DNA from: Chiloscyllium plagiosum
Lineage: Eukaryota
Direction: 5' to 3'
Assembly: GCF_004010195.1 (NCBI RefSeq)
Contig: NC_057750.1
Span: forward strand, 130,734-194,733
DNA: 64,000 nt
The translations under genes were made by a program, and so were the position numbers. Shown piece by piece: positions 12,320 through 23,900 of the stretch; the stretch's first letter is position 1; each line of letters begins with the position of its first letter. Below the pieces are notes generated by a model, which was not told the DNA's origin, made no database searches, and saw nothing but the letters and a program-made list of their open reading frames with translations.

Positions 12320-13982
12320 CAAATATCCCCATCCTCAATGATGTAAGAGTCCAGCACTTGAATTCAAAAGAAAAGGCTGAAGCATTCACAGTAATCTTCA
12401 GGCAGATGTGCCATGTGAATGATCCGTCTTGGCCTCCCCCAGTAGCTCCCAGATGCCAGTCTTTAGCCAACTTGACTCACTCCACAGGATATCAAGGAAT
12501 GGTTGGAGGCACCAGATGCAGCAAAGGCTTTGGGCCCTGACAAACTAAAGTACTGAAGTCTTTTGCTCCAGAACTTGCCGCTCCTCTGGCCAAACTGTTC
12601 CAGTGCAGTTACTGCACTGGGAGCTACCTGACAATGTGGAAAATTACCCAGGTATGTCCTGTTCATAAAAAGCAGGACAAATCTAAATCAGTCAATTACT
12701 GCCCATCAGTGTATTCTCGATCATCAATGAAGTGATGGAAGGTGTCATCGACAGTACTATCAAGCAGCACCTGCTTCGTAATAACCTGCTCAGTGACACC
12801 AGTTTGGCTTCCTCCAGGGCCACTCAGCTCCTGACCTCCTGGCCTTGGTTCAAAAATAGACAAAAGAGCTACATTCCAGAGGGGAGGGGAGGGACAGCCC
12901 TTGACATCAAGGCTGCATTCGACCTAGTATAGCATCAATGAGCCTCAGCAAAACTGGAATCAATGGGTATTGGGACAAACTCTCCACTGGAGTCATACCT
13001 GGCACATAGGAAGATGTTGTGGTTGTTGGAGGTCAGTCATTTCAGCTACAGGACATCTCTGCAGGAGTTCCTCAGGATAGTGTACCAGGTCCAACCATCA
13101 ATGATCTTCCCTCCATCATAAGGTTAGAAATGGGGATGTTCACTGACGATTGCACAATGTTCAGCACCATTTGTGATTCCTCAGATACTGAAGCAGTCCA
13201 TGTTCAAATGCAACAAGATCTGGAGAATATACAGGCTTGGATCGACAAGTGGCAAGTAACATTCACGCCACACAAATGTCTGGCAATGGCCATCATCAAT
13301 AGGAGACAATTTAACCACGCCCTTGACATTCAATGGCTTTAAAATGACTGAATCCTCTGCTATCAATATTCCAGGGGTTATTATTGACCAGAAGCTGTAT
13401 TAATACAGTGGCTACTAGTTCATTCCTGATAAAGGGCTTATGCCTGAAACATTGATTCCCCTGCTCCTCGGATGCTGCCTGACCTGCTGTGCTTTTCCAG
13501 CACCACACTCTTGACTAGGAATACTGTGGCTAGTAATTAAGTTGCTGACTCCCCAAATCACAAGGCACAAGTCTGGAGTGAGATGGAATACTCCCCCACT
13601 TGCCTGAATGGGTGCAGCTCCAACAACACTCAAGAAGTTTGATACCATCCAGGACAAAGCAGCCCGCTTGATTGGCACCACTTCCATAAACATCCACTCC
13701 TTCTACCATTGACGATCAGTAGCAGCAGTGTGTACCATCTACAAGATGCACTGCAGAAATTCAACAAAGTTCCTCACACAGCACCTTCCAAACCCATGAC
13801 CACTTCCATCTAGAAAGATATGGGCATCAGATACAGGGAACACCACCCCCTTCCAGTTTCCCTTCAAGCCACTCCCCATCCTGACTTGGAAATATACCAT
13901 TGTTTCTTCAGTGTTGCTGGGTCACAATCCTGGGATTCCCTCCCTAAGGGCATTAAAATCTACCTAGACATCATGGACTGCA
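12320..13982 (+). mobile_element. CR1/L2-group LINE, decayed RT region and 3' UTR (second family)
   Basis: Relics of KQDKS..NY.PIS, ALDIKAAFD, AGVPQDSV, FTDDCT, DKWQVTF. Many frameshifts. Interrupted at ~13421-13516 by a Penelope-terminus fragment. Confidence 0.85.
13421..13516 (+). mobile_element. Penelope-terminus fragment inserted in LINE
   Basis: cattcctgataaagggcttatgcctgaaacattg..ttttccagcaccacactcttgac, flanked by aatacagtggcta / aatactgtggcta (likely target-site duplication, TSD). Confidence 0.75.
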
Positions 13983-14049
13983 GCTTTTTAACAGTGGTTG
14001 ACAAATAAACATCAGCTTGAGCATGATAGAGATGCGTGTGTGTTGTGTT

Positions 14050-14263
14050 GTCATAGTCTTATCAGACCACAGGGGCTGCTCTCTCATTAAAGAGAGAAAT
14101 GACTAGTGGTGATTTAACCTGAGGGCCACCAGACCTTAGGTGAGGGAAGATGTTGAGAAGGAAGTCATTCATGGTAACATCAAATCTGTGATGGGAATTG
14201 AACTCATGCTGTTGACATCACACGGATCTGTAAACTAACAATCCAGCCAACTGAACTAAACCG
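14050..14263 (-). mobile_element. tRNA-derived SINE (related copy 49685-49990)
   Basis: The minus strand begins ggtttagttcagttggctgg (A box) and contains gagttcaattccc (B box). The body is shared with 49685-49855. Confidence 0.7.
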
Positions 14264-14329
14264 ATTCGCCATGATAGAGACACCCCATCAGTCACCATCA
14301 TCAGATTCTGACTGTACTTGCCCAGTTAC

Positions 14330-15030
14330 AACACTGAGAGCTGGGAAGAATGTCTCCTATCTCAGGAACACAATCTCCAGAAATGAATGCACTGACAGTG
14401 AACTGGCCATGGAGCTGCCACGGAAAGCTTAACATCCAACCAGTTTCACAAAAGACAGATTGCGGAAGAAGTGAATGATCAAAAGAAATAATCTCAAAGT
14501 TACTAAAACACTCGCTCTGTACAAAGGGTTGTCAGTGCCTGACTGATTGGTTGTGTCTGAAACATGGTCCACTGACTCCAAATGTTAAACCGTGGGACGT
14601 TATTCACTTGAAACCTATTTCAATGATTGTGGGCATCAAACAGGAAGGCAAGGTGCCAATGCGAGAATTGGAATAAAGGCCTATCACTCAAGTGCAACCT
14701 ACTTGATATAATGGAGAATATGGGAGTGATGAGTTGAAGGAAAGGGTAATGGATTGAATAGGGAAGGGATGGTAGAGGAGTGGAGAAGAGAAGCTGGAGA
14801 TGGAAAACAGACAAAGAAGATTTGGGAAGGTTAGGAGAGGAGGGGTGAGCAAAGATGGAAAGGGCACTTTAAGGAATCCTAGGACTTTAATGTGTCCACA
14901 AGTTAAACTTGAACACAACCTACAAGGTTGGCAAAGGATAAGGTTCAAGGACTCCCTGAAGGTGAACCTCAAGAAATATGAAATCTGGGACAGGGACAAA
15001 CAACCTGGAGATCACTGTGAAAGATTTTGT
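14330..15030 (+). mobile_element. RTE-clade LINE relic
   Basis: Degenerate RLRKK..TKTLALYKG..SETW and GWQRIRFKDSLKVNLKK match the RTE ORF C-terminal pattern (TKL.VY.A..LLY.SETW; GQ.KRFKD.LK..LK). Interrupted by purine-rich sequence. Confidence 0.6.
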
Positions 15031-15328
15031 TTAAAAATAGAAAAAAAACTCATTTGAGGTTCTAGGGGTAAAGAAACCTGTTGAATTTCCTCACCAGTAG
15101 GGGATAAGTAGGCCGTGATCAGAAATCAGGTTTGGGGAATTATCCCACACAACCTTCATGAACAGTTTCAAGATTTCAATTCCTTAAATGAGATTGCAGA
15201 ACCTGGAACTTGGTGTTACTGTAATCACCTGCAAAAATGACCTCAGTTGACTCCTTCATGAACAACTGTCTCCTCTCGAGAGGAATGGTCTGTTTGTCTT
15301 TGTGCTAGTCAGATCACCTCCCCATTCC

Positions 15329-15828
15329 NNNNNNNNNNNNNNNNNNNNNNNNNNNNNNNNNNNNNNNNNNNNNNNNNNNNNNNNNNNNNNNNNNNNNNNN
15401 NNNNNNNNNNNNNNNNNNNNNNNNNNNNNNNNNNNNNNNNNNNNNNNNNNNNNNNNNNNNNNNNNNNNNNNNNNNNNNNNNNNNNNNNNNNNNNNNNNNN
15501 NNNNNNNNNNNNNNNNNNNNNNNNNNNNNNNNNNNNNNNNNNNNNNNNNNNNNNNNNNNNNNNNNNNNNNNNNNNNNNNNNNNNNNNNNNNNNNNNNNNN
15601 NNNNNNNNNNNNNNNNNNNNNNNNNNNNNNNNNNNNNNNNNNNNNNNNNNNNNNNNNNNNNNNNNNNNNNNNNNNNNNNNNNNNNNNNNNNNNNNNNNNN
15701 NNNNNNNNNNNNNNNNNNNNNNNNNNNNNNNNNNNNNNNNNNNNNNNNNNNNNNNNNNNNNNNNNNNNNNNNNNNNNNNNNNNNNNNNNNNNNNNNNNNN
15801 NNNNNNNNNNNNNNNNNNNNNNNNNNNN
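15329..15828. other. Assembly gap (500 N)
   Basis: N run. Confidence 1.
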
Positions 15829-17140
15829 TTGTCAACACCTGGCCAATATCCCTCCAAACCCTTCATGTTCATGTACCCATCCAGATACCTTTTAAATGAT
15901 GTAATCGTACCAGCCTCCACCACTTCCTCTGGCAGCTCATTCCATACACGTACCACCCTCTGTGTGAAAAAGATGCCCCTCAGGTCTCTTTTATTACTTT
16001 CCCCTCTCACCCTAGCCTATACCCTCTAGTTCTGGATTCCCCCACCGCAGGGAAAATATCTTGTTTATTTACCCTATCCATGCCCCTCATGATTTTATAA
16101 ACCTCCATAAGGTCGCCCCTCAGCCTCCAACGCTCCAGGGAAAACAGCCCCAGCCTGTTCAACCTCTCCCTGTAGCTCAAATCGTCCAACCCTGGCAACA
16201 TCTTGGAAATATTTTCTAAACCCTTTCAAGTTTCAGAACATCCTTCTGATAGGAAGGAGACCAGAATTGCATGCAAGATTCCAAAAGTGGCCTAACCAAT
16301 GTCCTGTACAGCTGCAACATGACCTCCCAACTCCTGTACACAATGTAAGTAATCTAGTCTAATCCTGTGCACAATTCTCTGACCAATAAAGGAAAGCATA
16401 CTAAATGTCTTCTTCACTATCCTATCTACCTGCAACTCTACTTTCAAGGAGCTATGACTCCAAGGTCTCTTTGTTCAGCAACACTCCCCAGGACCTTACC
16501 ATTAAGTGTATAAGTCCTGCCAAGATTTGCTTTTCCAATATGCAACATCTCACGTTTATCTAAATTAAACTCCATCTGTCACTCCTCAGCCCATTGGCCC
16601 ATCTGATCAAGATCCTGTTGTAATCTGAGGTAACCTTCTTCGCTGTCCACTACACTTTCAATTTTGGTGATGTCTGCAAACTTACTAACTGTACCTCCAA
16701 TATTCACATCCGAATCATTTATATAAATGATGAAAGGTAGTGGACCCAGCACTGATCCTTGTGGCTCTCCACTGGTCACTGGCTTCCAGTCTGAAAAGCA
16801 ACACTTCACCACCACCCTCTGTCTTCTACTTTGACCAAATGGCTAGATCTAACCTTGCTAACCAGTCTCCTATGGGGAGCCTTGCCGAACGCTTTATTGA
16901 AGTCCATATAGATCACGTCCACTGTTCTGCCCTCATCAATCCTCTTTGTTACTGCTTTTAAAAACTCAATCAAGTTTGTGAGACATGATTTCCCAAGCAC
17001 AAAGCCTTGTTGACTATCCCTAATCAGTCCTTGCCTTTCCAAACATGTGTAAATCCTATCCATCAGGATTCCCTCCAACTTGCCCAGGCTCAGTGGTCTA
17101 TAGTTCCCTGGCTTGTCCTTACCACCTTTCTTAAATAGTC
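15829..17140 (-). mobile_element. CR1 LINE fragment (RT to 3' end)
   Basis: Minus-strand peptides [58 protein letters not shown]. Confidence 0.95.
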
Positions 17141-17479
17141 TTGTCTGTTTATTCCACCAAATTGTTTAAATCCTCATGCTGTTTGTCACAATCTTCCTGA
17201 CAATATCTCCAGTTAGTCCCAGATTTTGAAATTTTACACCTAATTGTAGATCTTGAGATCATTCAACTGATGACATTAATGAAAATCAGGTTTATTACTT
17301 CATAAAATCTAAAGGAAGTTATTAATCTAGCTACGCAGTAGCATTTTTAGCAATGAACCTACAGGGTTAGCTCCAGCAGAGTTGTTAATGGGAAGAAAAG
17401 TCTACATAAGATTAAATCGGATTTCTCTGGATCTGGAGGTGGGGGAGTGGGGGGTGGGGGTCGAGGTGTGGATGATGAA

Positions 17480-18349
17480 ATGGCATCAGGAATGCCAATG
17501 GCCAACACAAGACTCCACTAAGCTAGAGAGAGACAGTTTACTTTAAGGGGTGAAGTTTGGACTAGGGACTGTGTAAATAACCCTGCATGGGTAAGAAGCA
17601 TGGTTGATGTGAGGTCAGATCCAGTGATGTATAAAGTTCGGGTCGGTGTGACTGTCCTGAACAAGCACATGGACTGTATGAAAGCTGCAAAATCACAAAC
17701 GGTGCAGGAGAAAAATATAGCTGATTCCTGGACTGCCATTCTGACTGTTCTGGAAACCATGGGTTCTCGCTGCCCTTTGAGTGTTGAATATACCTCAGAA
17801 TCTGAGATGGACACAGTGGATGTTACTACCTTGATACCTTTGCTGCCTGAACAAGAGAACAAATTTCTTCCGAGATACTCCAGGCAGAAGAGGAGATCCA
17901 CTGTGCATTGCAAACTGTCCGTATGAGAGACAGTTGAAGGAACCTGACCAAGTGCTAAAATGGGCTTATGCCCAAAACGTCGATTCTCCTATTCCTTGGA
18001 TGCTGCCTGACCTGCTGCGCTTTTCCAGCAACACATTTTCAGCAGGTGCTAAAATGCCCCAGGAGGAGCTACAGAAAAAGAACTAGCCTATATCTTTGCA
18101 CTCTGAGGGGCAGGGATATAATGATTGTAACACGGTCAGCCACATGGCCAAGCTAGAATATGAGTTCCGTGATTAAATCAGGTTAACAGCCCCAAACAGG
18201 GGCTGAGTGACAGACATAAACAGGAGTGTCAGACATCCTATTCACTCTGAGAGCTGGCTCTGAGAGAGCTGGATCAATGTCAAACACTCTGCACGTGTAA
18301 GTAAGGGGGGACTTGGTGATGGGATACTGACCTCTGTGGAGTTATTTTA
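17480..18349 (+). mobile_element. Gypsy-type LTR retrotransposon 3' end: integrase C-terminal relic, polypurine tract, 3' LTR (~18117-18349)
   Basis: RQFTLRGEVWTRD..NPAWVRSMVDVRSDPVMYKVRVG..KHMD resembles the Gypsy integrase C-terminus (W..G.V....GPV.Y.V......HVD). Purine tract gaggggcaggga precedes the LTR-like segment, and a homologous solo copy lies at 10908-11144. Confidence 0.7.
17963..18045 (+). mobile_element. Penelope-terminus fragment with 11-bp TSD inserted in Gypsy relic
   Basis: TSD gtgctaaaatg at 17952-17962 and 18046-18056. The insert begins at hammerhead stem II (gggcttatgccc). Confidence 0.85.
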
Positions 18350-18639
18350 CTGTTAACATGCAAAAGCTTTAATGCTACTGAGTAAACCAGGCTAGTTTAT
18401 GTAAAAGAATGATTAATTGATAGCATGCTGTTTGTCTAACAGATAAAATTCCCAGTTATTTTGCATACGTTGTAATTTACTGTTTACACTAGCTACAATC
18501 TTTTCTATTGGAAAACTACAAAGTGACCAAGAGAAAAGAAAGACATTGATTCTGGAACATTTGAACAAACAAAGCAAGAGCAGCTCGAGGCCATTCTGCT
18601 ACTTGATGCTGCTCAGTCATTCAGTAAGATCATGGCTGA

Positions 18640-20450
18640 TCTAATAGTTTCCAAACACAATCTTCTGTATGTTCAAAAATATCCCCTTAAATATGTGTCA
18701 CTGGGTCTCTATCGTGACTTATTCTTAAACCTAATTTGTCAGTTCTGCTTTTAAGTCCTCATTTCAAATTAGATATATATTCTCAGACCAACTGCTCAAA
18801 CTGAAAATAAACTGGTACCAAAGGGCTGCCTTCACAGTGAGGATTTCAATTAATTCTATCTACTGTACAATGCTAGGTCGCATGTAGCCTCTTCTCTGGT
18901 TGGCTCAAGAACATGCTTTTCTAAGAACCTAACCCAAAAACATTGTGTAAATTCCTCATTTTAGCTATCTTTGCCCATCTGACTTTTCCATTCTATATAT
19001 AAATTAACTGATTATTATCTGACAATCTCCCATTGTTCCTTCCTTTATTTCCCATCCTACGCCATGGTTACTGTTGGGGGACTTGTACACCACTCCTGCA
19101 AGTGAATGCCTTTATCATTTCTTTTTTCTACTTAAATATTTCCCACATCTTTGGTTTCTGAACTTAGGTCATTCTTCTCTGCTGTGCTAATGCCATCATT
19201 AACTAACAAAGCCACCCTTCCACTTCTTCCTAGCTTCCTCAGAAATCTGATTTCTGACTTTGTCCACCCAGTCCAACATCAACACCTCCACATCATCCTA
19301 GCTTCCTGACATTCCTAAATATCCTGTACCCTGCAAGATTCAGGCCCCACTCCATGTCATCCAGTGTCCATGCCTCTGTGATAGCTGCCAGGTCATAATT
19401 ATTCTTCTTTATTTGCACTCTCAGTTTTTATGTTTTGGTTTGAATGCTATGTGCAATCAGATTCTAAGTATTTAATTATATTCATGAACTTTCATTGTAA
19501 ATTCTAGTCTTATCTTAAATTAATCCTCTCTTTCTCTTCCCATCATATTATTCATCAATTCCTGTATTAAAACCTTTAATATTGTTATGACTCGAGGATG
19601 GACCACGTTTTCCCCAATTTGATACACTGGCCCATACAGTTCAGTTTAAAATCTACTCTAACTCTATATTTATGACCTTGGCAAGAACACTCGCCCCTTT
19701 GCCATTCATGTAGAGACCATCCCATCAGTACACATCCAACTTTGCCCTCTACTGGTGCCAGTGCTATCTGAACCCCACTGAAACCCCACTTCCCACCCAT
19801 ACATATCGTTGAACAGTGTATTTCTCTCTCTGGTCTGATTTGCCCTTTGCCAATATTCATGTGGCTCAGGTGATAATCCAGAGGCAATGACTTTGGAAGT
19901 TCTGTTTCTTAATTTGGTGCCTAGCCCCTCATTCTGATGGTACAAAACTTCCTCTTTTGCCCTGCCTATGTCATTAACAATTGGATTGGCCCCACTCCCA
20001 CCCAGTCCCCCTCTAGCCCCAACAGATCCCCCAAACCTTGGAACTGGACAGGCAACACAGCTGCCCAGATCCACACTCTTTGCTAAATGGAACAGTGTGA
20101 ATTCCCCTCCACTTTGTCCCATACCACCAATCCAATCCATCTTCAGTGGCTTCCTGTACCAAGGTGCCATAGTCAGTCAGCTCACCACCCACCCGCACTC
20201 CTCCCATGCTCCTTCCCCCTGACCAACATCCCTTAATTTCGTCCAGATCAGCTGAAGGTATCACACACCTGTTAGCAAGTGACGAAGACTGAGACTTGGT
20301 CCCTTTGGGTCCCCTTACCTGACACACTCACAGTCACATTGCTCTAGCCCTGAACACTGACCAATTCACACAATCCAACCCTGAGAGGGGTGACTGCCTC
20401 TTGGTACATCAGTGACTTTCCCACTCCCTGGTGCTTGGCAAGCATCAAAG
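18640..20450 (-). mobile_element. Old CR1 LINE relic (ORF1 esterase region to ORF2 endonuclease)
   Basis: Minus strand shows relic NPIVNDIGRAKEEVL..LGTKLRNRTSKVIASGL..EP, a DG.H-like site and an ..LN* ORF1 end near 19640, then YDLAAITEAW-like and GDCQI relics. Confidence 0.65.
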
Positions 20451-21504
20451 CATTACATCATTCAAGTTTGATGGGAGCGAGTTCTGAAAACATGTTTTGA
20501 GTTTGAGCTTGCACCTTTTTGAAGGGCAGTTGAAAAGTTGTAATTTAGTTTGAGATCTGTGCAGAATAATCAGTGCCTGATTGAACCAGAAAGGTGAACA
20601 ATTGCATTTTGTTGCCTTAGAGGGTGAGTTAAATCATGCAGCTGCAATTTAGTAGAATTATTCTTTTGTGGTGTAACATGAACAACTTTTGGTAGCAAAG
20701 AACTTGAATATTGCTGAAAAGGCTAACATTTTGTGAAGATTTGTATGTTATACACCTCAAGACATATGCAAAAATGATAAATTTCAAATGAATACAGCAG
20801 TTTATCCCATATAAGCACTGATTGGTTGGCTTGTCAGCTCTGATTGGCTGATGTGTTGACATGGAGAAAGGAATGGGCTTCCTATAGGTTCTCCATGCCT
20901 CAGTGTAAGCCAGAAAAGAGCTAAGGCCTGAATGTTTGGATTAGGTTTGTGGGTTTTCGTGAATGTCATTTCTAGTTGAAAGCTTGTCTAATCATCATCA
21001 CGGGTTCATAGTGTGATTATTAGTGCACTCAGGAATGTTCAGCAAGTGCTGCACCATCAGCGAATCCCATCTGACCGAAACTGTGCTCCCCCTATTCCCT
21101 CGCCACCACCATCACCACTACCACCACTACCACCTTGGTGAATGTCCCTACATTGGTAAATCAGATTGTTACTTTACTCTTCTTCAAAAGATAGTCACTT
21201 CTTTTATTGAGAAATCAAAGCTGACATCAATGGTGTCCATCACAATGGGAATGGAAGTGATTGTGAACACATTTCTTTTGACCTGATTGGTTCCTTTCTC
21301 TCTTCATTGGCCAATAGTGGTGAATGGAGAGTCCAATTACTTTCCCAAATAATTTTAAACACATTATTTGATTTTTTTTTCAATCCAGTTAATGGAATCC
21401 TGAATCTGACCTCATTGCCTGACAGCATTCCACTGGCACTGACCATGACTTTACTGCCCTTTGGCACTGGCCATTCATTGACACTTAGCACTGACAAGGT
21501 GAAA

Positions 21505-22030
21505 GTGAATACAGCAGATGCTGGAGATTAGAGTCAAGAGTATGGTGCTGGAAAAGCACAGCAGGTCAGGCAATATCCGAATAGCAGGAGAATCGCGTTT
21601 CGGGTAAAGCCCTTCATCAGAAATGAGGCAGGGAGCCTCTGTGGTGGAGAGATGAATGGAAGGGGGGGGGGTGGCTGGGGCTGAGGAAGGTAGCTGAGAG
21701 TGCAATAAGTGGATGGAGGTGGGGCTAAAGGTGATAAGTCAGAGAGGAGGATGGTACAGATAGGTGGGAAGGAAGATGGACAGATAGGACAGGTCATGAG
21801 GACGATGCTGAACTGGAAGGTTGGAACTGGAGTAAGGTAAGGGGAGGGGAAATGAGGAAACTGGTGAAATCCACATTGATGCCATGGCACTCTCCCAAGG
21901 CAGAAAATGAGACGCTCTTCTTCCAGGTGTCGGGTGGTTAGGGAGTGGTGATGGAGGAGGCTCAGGACCTGCGTGTCCTCAGCAGAGTGGGAGAGGGAGT
22001 TGAAGTGGTCTACCATGGACAGTGAGGTTG
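21505..22030 (-). mobile_element. Penelope-like element 3' end (GIY-YIG C-terminus + terminal repeat with broken hammerhead at 21595-21620)
   Basis: VDHFNSLSHSAEDTQVLSLLHHHSLTTRHLEEERLIFCLG, followed by a C/T-rich 3' region and CTGATGA AGGGCTTTACCC GAAAC. Confidence 0.85.
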
Positions 22031-22149
22031 GCTGGTGCATTGATAACACTACCTGGCATTGTGTACTGGTTCTACATATGGCATTCCCTGCACAATCATC
22101 TGTTAGTCTAACCACAGAGAGCATCGTGCATCATGGCATGAAAGAATCA

Positions 22150-22470
22150 ATGTAGACCAAGAGAGGAAAGGCTTATGGAGGGGAGGAGGGAATGGGTAGG
22201 AATTGCAAAGAAGGGAGGGTTATGAATTGGTGGGAGGAGCGGGTAAAGGAAGGGAAGGAGTGGATGGGGGTGCAGGAAGGATTGGGGGAAGGTGTAGGAG
22301 TGCATGGGTGAGGAGAGTGAGTGAGAAAAGGAGGGAGTGGTCAAAGGGAAGGAGTGAGTAGGAAAGGGAGTGAGTGAAAATGGAGAAAGAAGTAGAGGAG
22401 CAAAGAGGAAAAGGGAAGAACTTGAAAATGGGAAGGAAGAGCAAGTGGGGCAAAGGGAAGATGGAATTAT
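22150..22470. repeat. Purine-rich (GA) low-complexity tract
   Basis: The plus strand is nearly all G/A with some T. Confidence 0.8.
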
Positions 22471-23704
22471 GAGGTGGAGAGACATGATGCTTGTGAGGAA
22501 CAGCTCAAACACTCTCATGGCCGTCAAAACAGAGAGCTGCAACATTTCCAAAACCTTTTTGAAGATAAATAATTATCCTTATGGGTTAGTGAAAATATCC
22601 TGCCCTTGGCTAAAATGTCTTTACTGTTTGTAGTGAAGCTATATTAATATACCGCCCTGTCAGTGGCTCTGTGACAAATTCACATGCACACTTGACCAAC
22701 ACATGGCTGCATATCGTCTGTTCTCAATCACCAACAGTTCTCTTCAGTGAGACAGCACATGGGAACAGTCTGAGAGGTAAGGCCTGAGATTAAATCCACA
22801 TCTACAGTCATCTAGTCTCCCTCCCCAATTTCACAAGCACGCTCCTGTGTGATCCACAGTCATTATCAAATCACTGCAGATGGAGAAAAGCCAACAAATT
22901 CCATTAGCCCCTAGTCTAGTGATAAAAGGGAAGGTGACTGCTGGGGACAGATACCATCACAACAAACCAGCTTCCTCATAGTCCATCTTGCTGTCCTTTA
23001 AACAAAGCTCTTCGCAACCATCTTTTACCAAAGCCTTTCAGCAGAGACACCCTGTGGGCCATGGATCAGTGTGTCCTGATTTCCACCCACGGCTCAGTCC
23101 AATAAACTCCCATTTCATGGGAGCTACCTTACACTCAACATACAGTTGGGGGGTGCTGTCCTGGTCATAGCCCCTAGCCATCCAATAGCTCCATTGCTCC
23201 TGTATTTGTGCATGCTCTTAAACTGTCCTTCTTTAGCCCAAAATAAATGACACACAGTGGTATCTCAGGCCATTCTACCCTTTGCTAGTATTACCTCAGA
23301 ATATCAACCTTGCTGCTGTGCACTAGCTTTAAGCAGCTTGAGCATATAACCTCTGAACTCCAAGCTGAATACAGTCAACTGAGTTGAGTTACTCCCTACA
23401 GGCTCCATGTACGACTGGTATGGATTAGCTGGGAGCCTAATGGGAATGGATGGTCTCAGGCAGGTCTTCCCAAACTGTGGGTTGCCCCTGGCAGTCAAAT
23501 GTTGAGGTTATGATCACAAATATAACAAGGTGTTGCCAAGCAGCACAGAGAAAAGGCTAACAGCTGTGAGGCCACTCTAAATCTCACAGCTGTCCCATCT
23601 AGTATGTCTGAATCCTTTTCTGAAAAAAACCTTTCACTTCAAGGTGCTTTGTGCCATGGTGTGGTATTTACTTTTTTTATTATTAACTTCTCACATCCTC
23701 TGAG

Positions 23705-23900
23705 ATATAGTCATAGTCATAGAGTCAGAGAGATGTACAGCATGGAAACACACCCTTCGCTCTAATTCAGCCATGCTGACTAGATATCATAAAATAATTG
23801 AGTCACATTCGCCAGCACTTGGCCCATATCCCTCTAAACCCTTCCTATTCACATACCCATCCAGATGCCTTTCAAATGTTGTATTGTACCCGCTTCCACA
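23705..23900 (-). mobile_element. CR1 3' tail
   Basis: (atagtc)n end, then gatgtacagcatggaaaca..ccctctaaacccttcctattc..ccatccagatgcc, the reverse complement of the tail at 39605-39795. Confidence 0.85.

Noticed and set aside
15302..16010. Long ORFs across N runs (also 44846-45853)
   Set aside because: Artefacts of translating assembly gaps.
21023..21286. His-rich ORF (HHHHHYHHYH)
   Set aside because: Produced by a short (CAC/CAT/TAC) microsatellite, with no other coding signal.
22147..22633. Pro/Ser/Leu- or Glu/Arg-rich ORFs
   Set aside because: Low-complexity purine tract depleted of stop codons.
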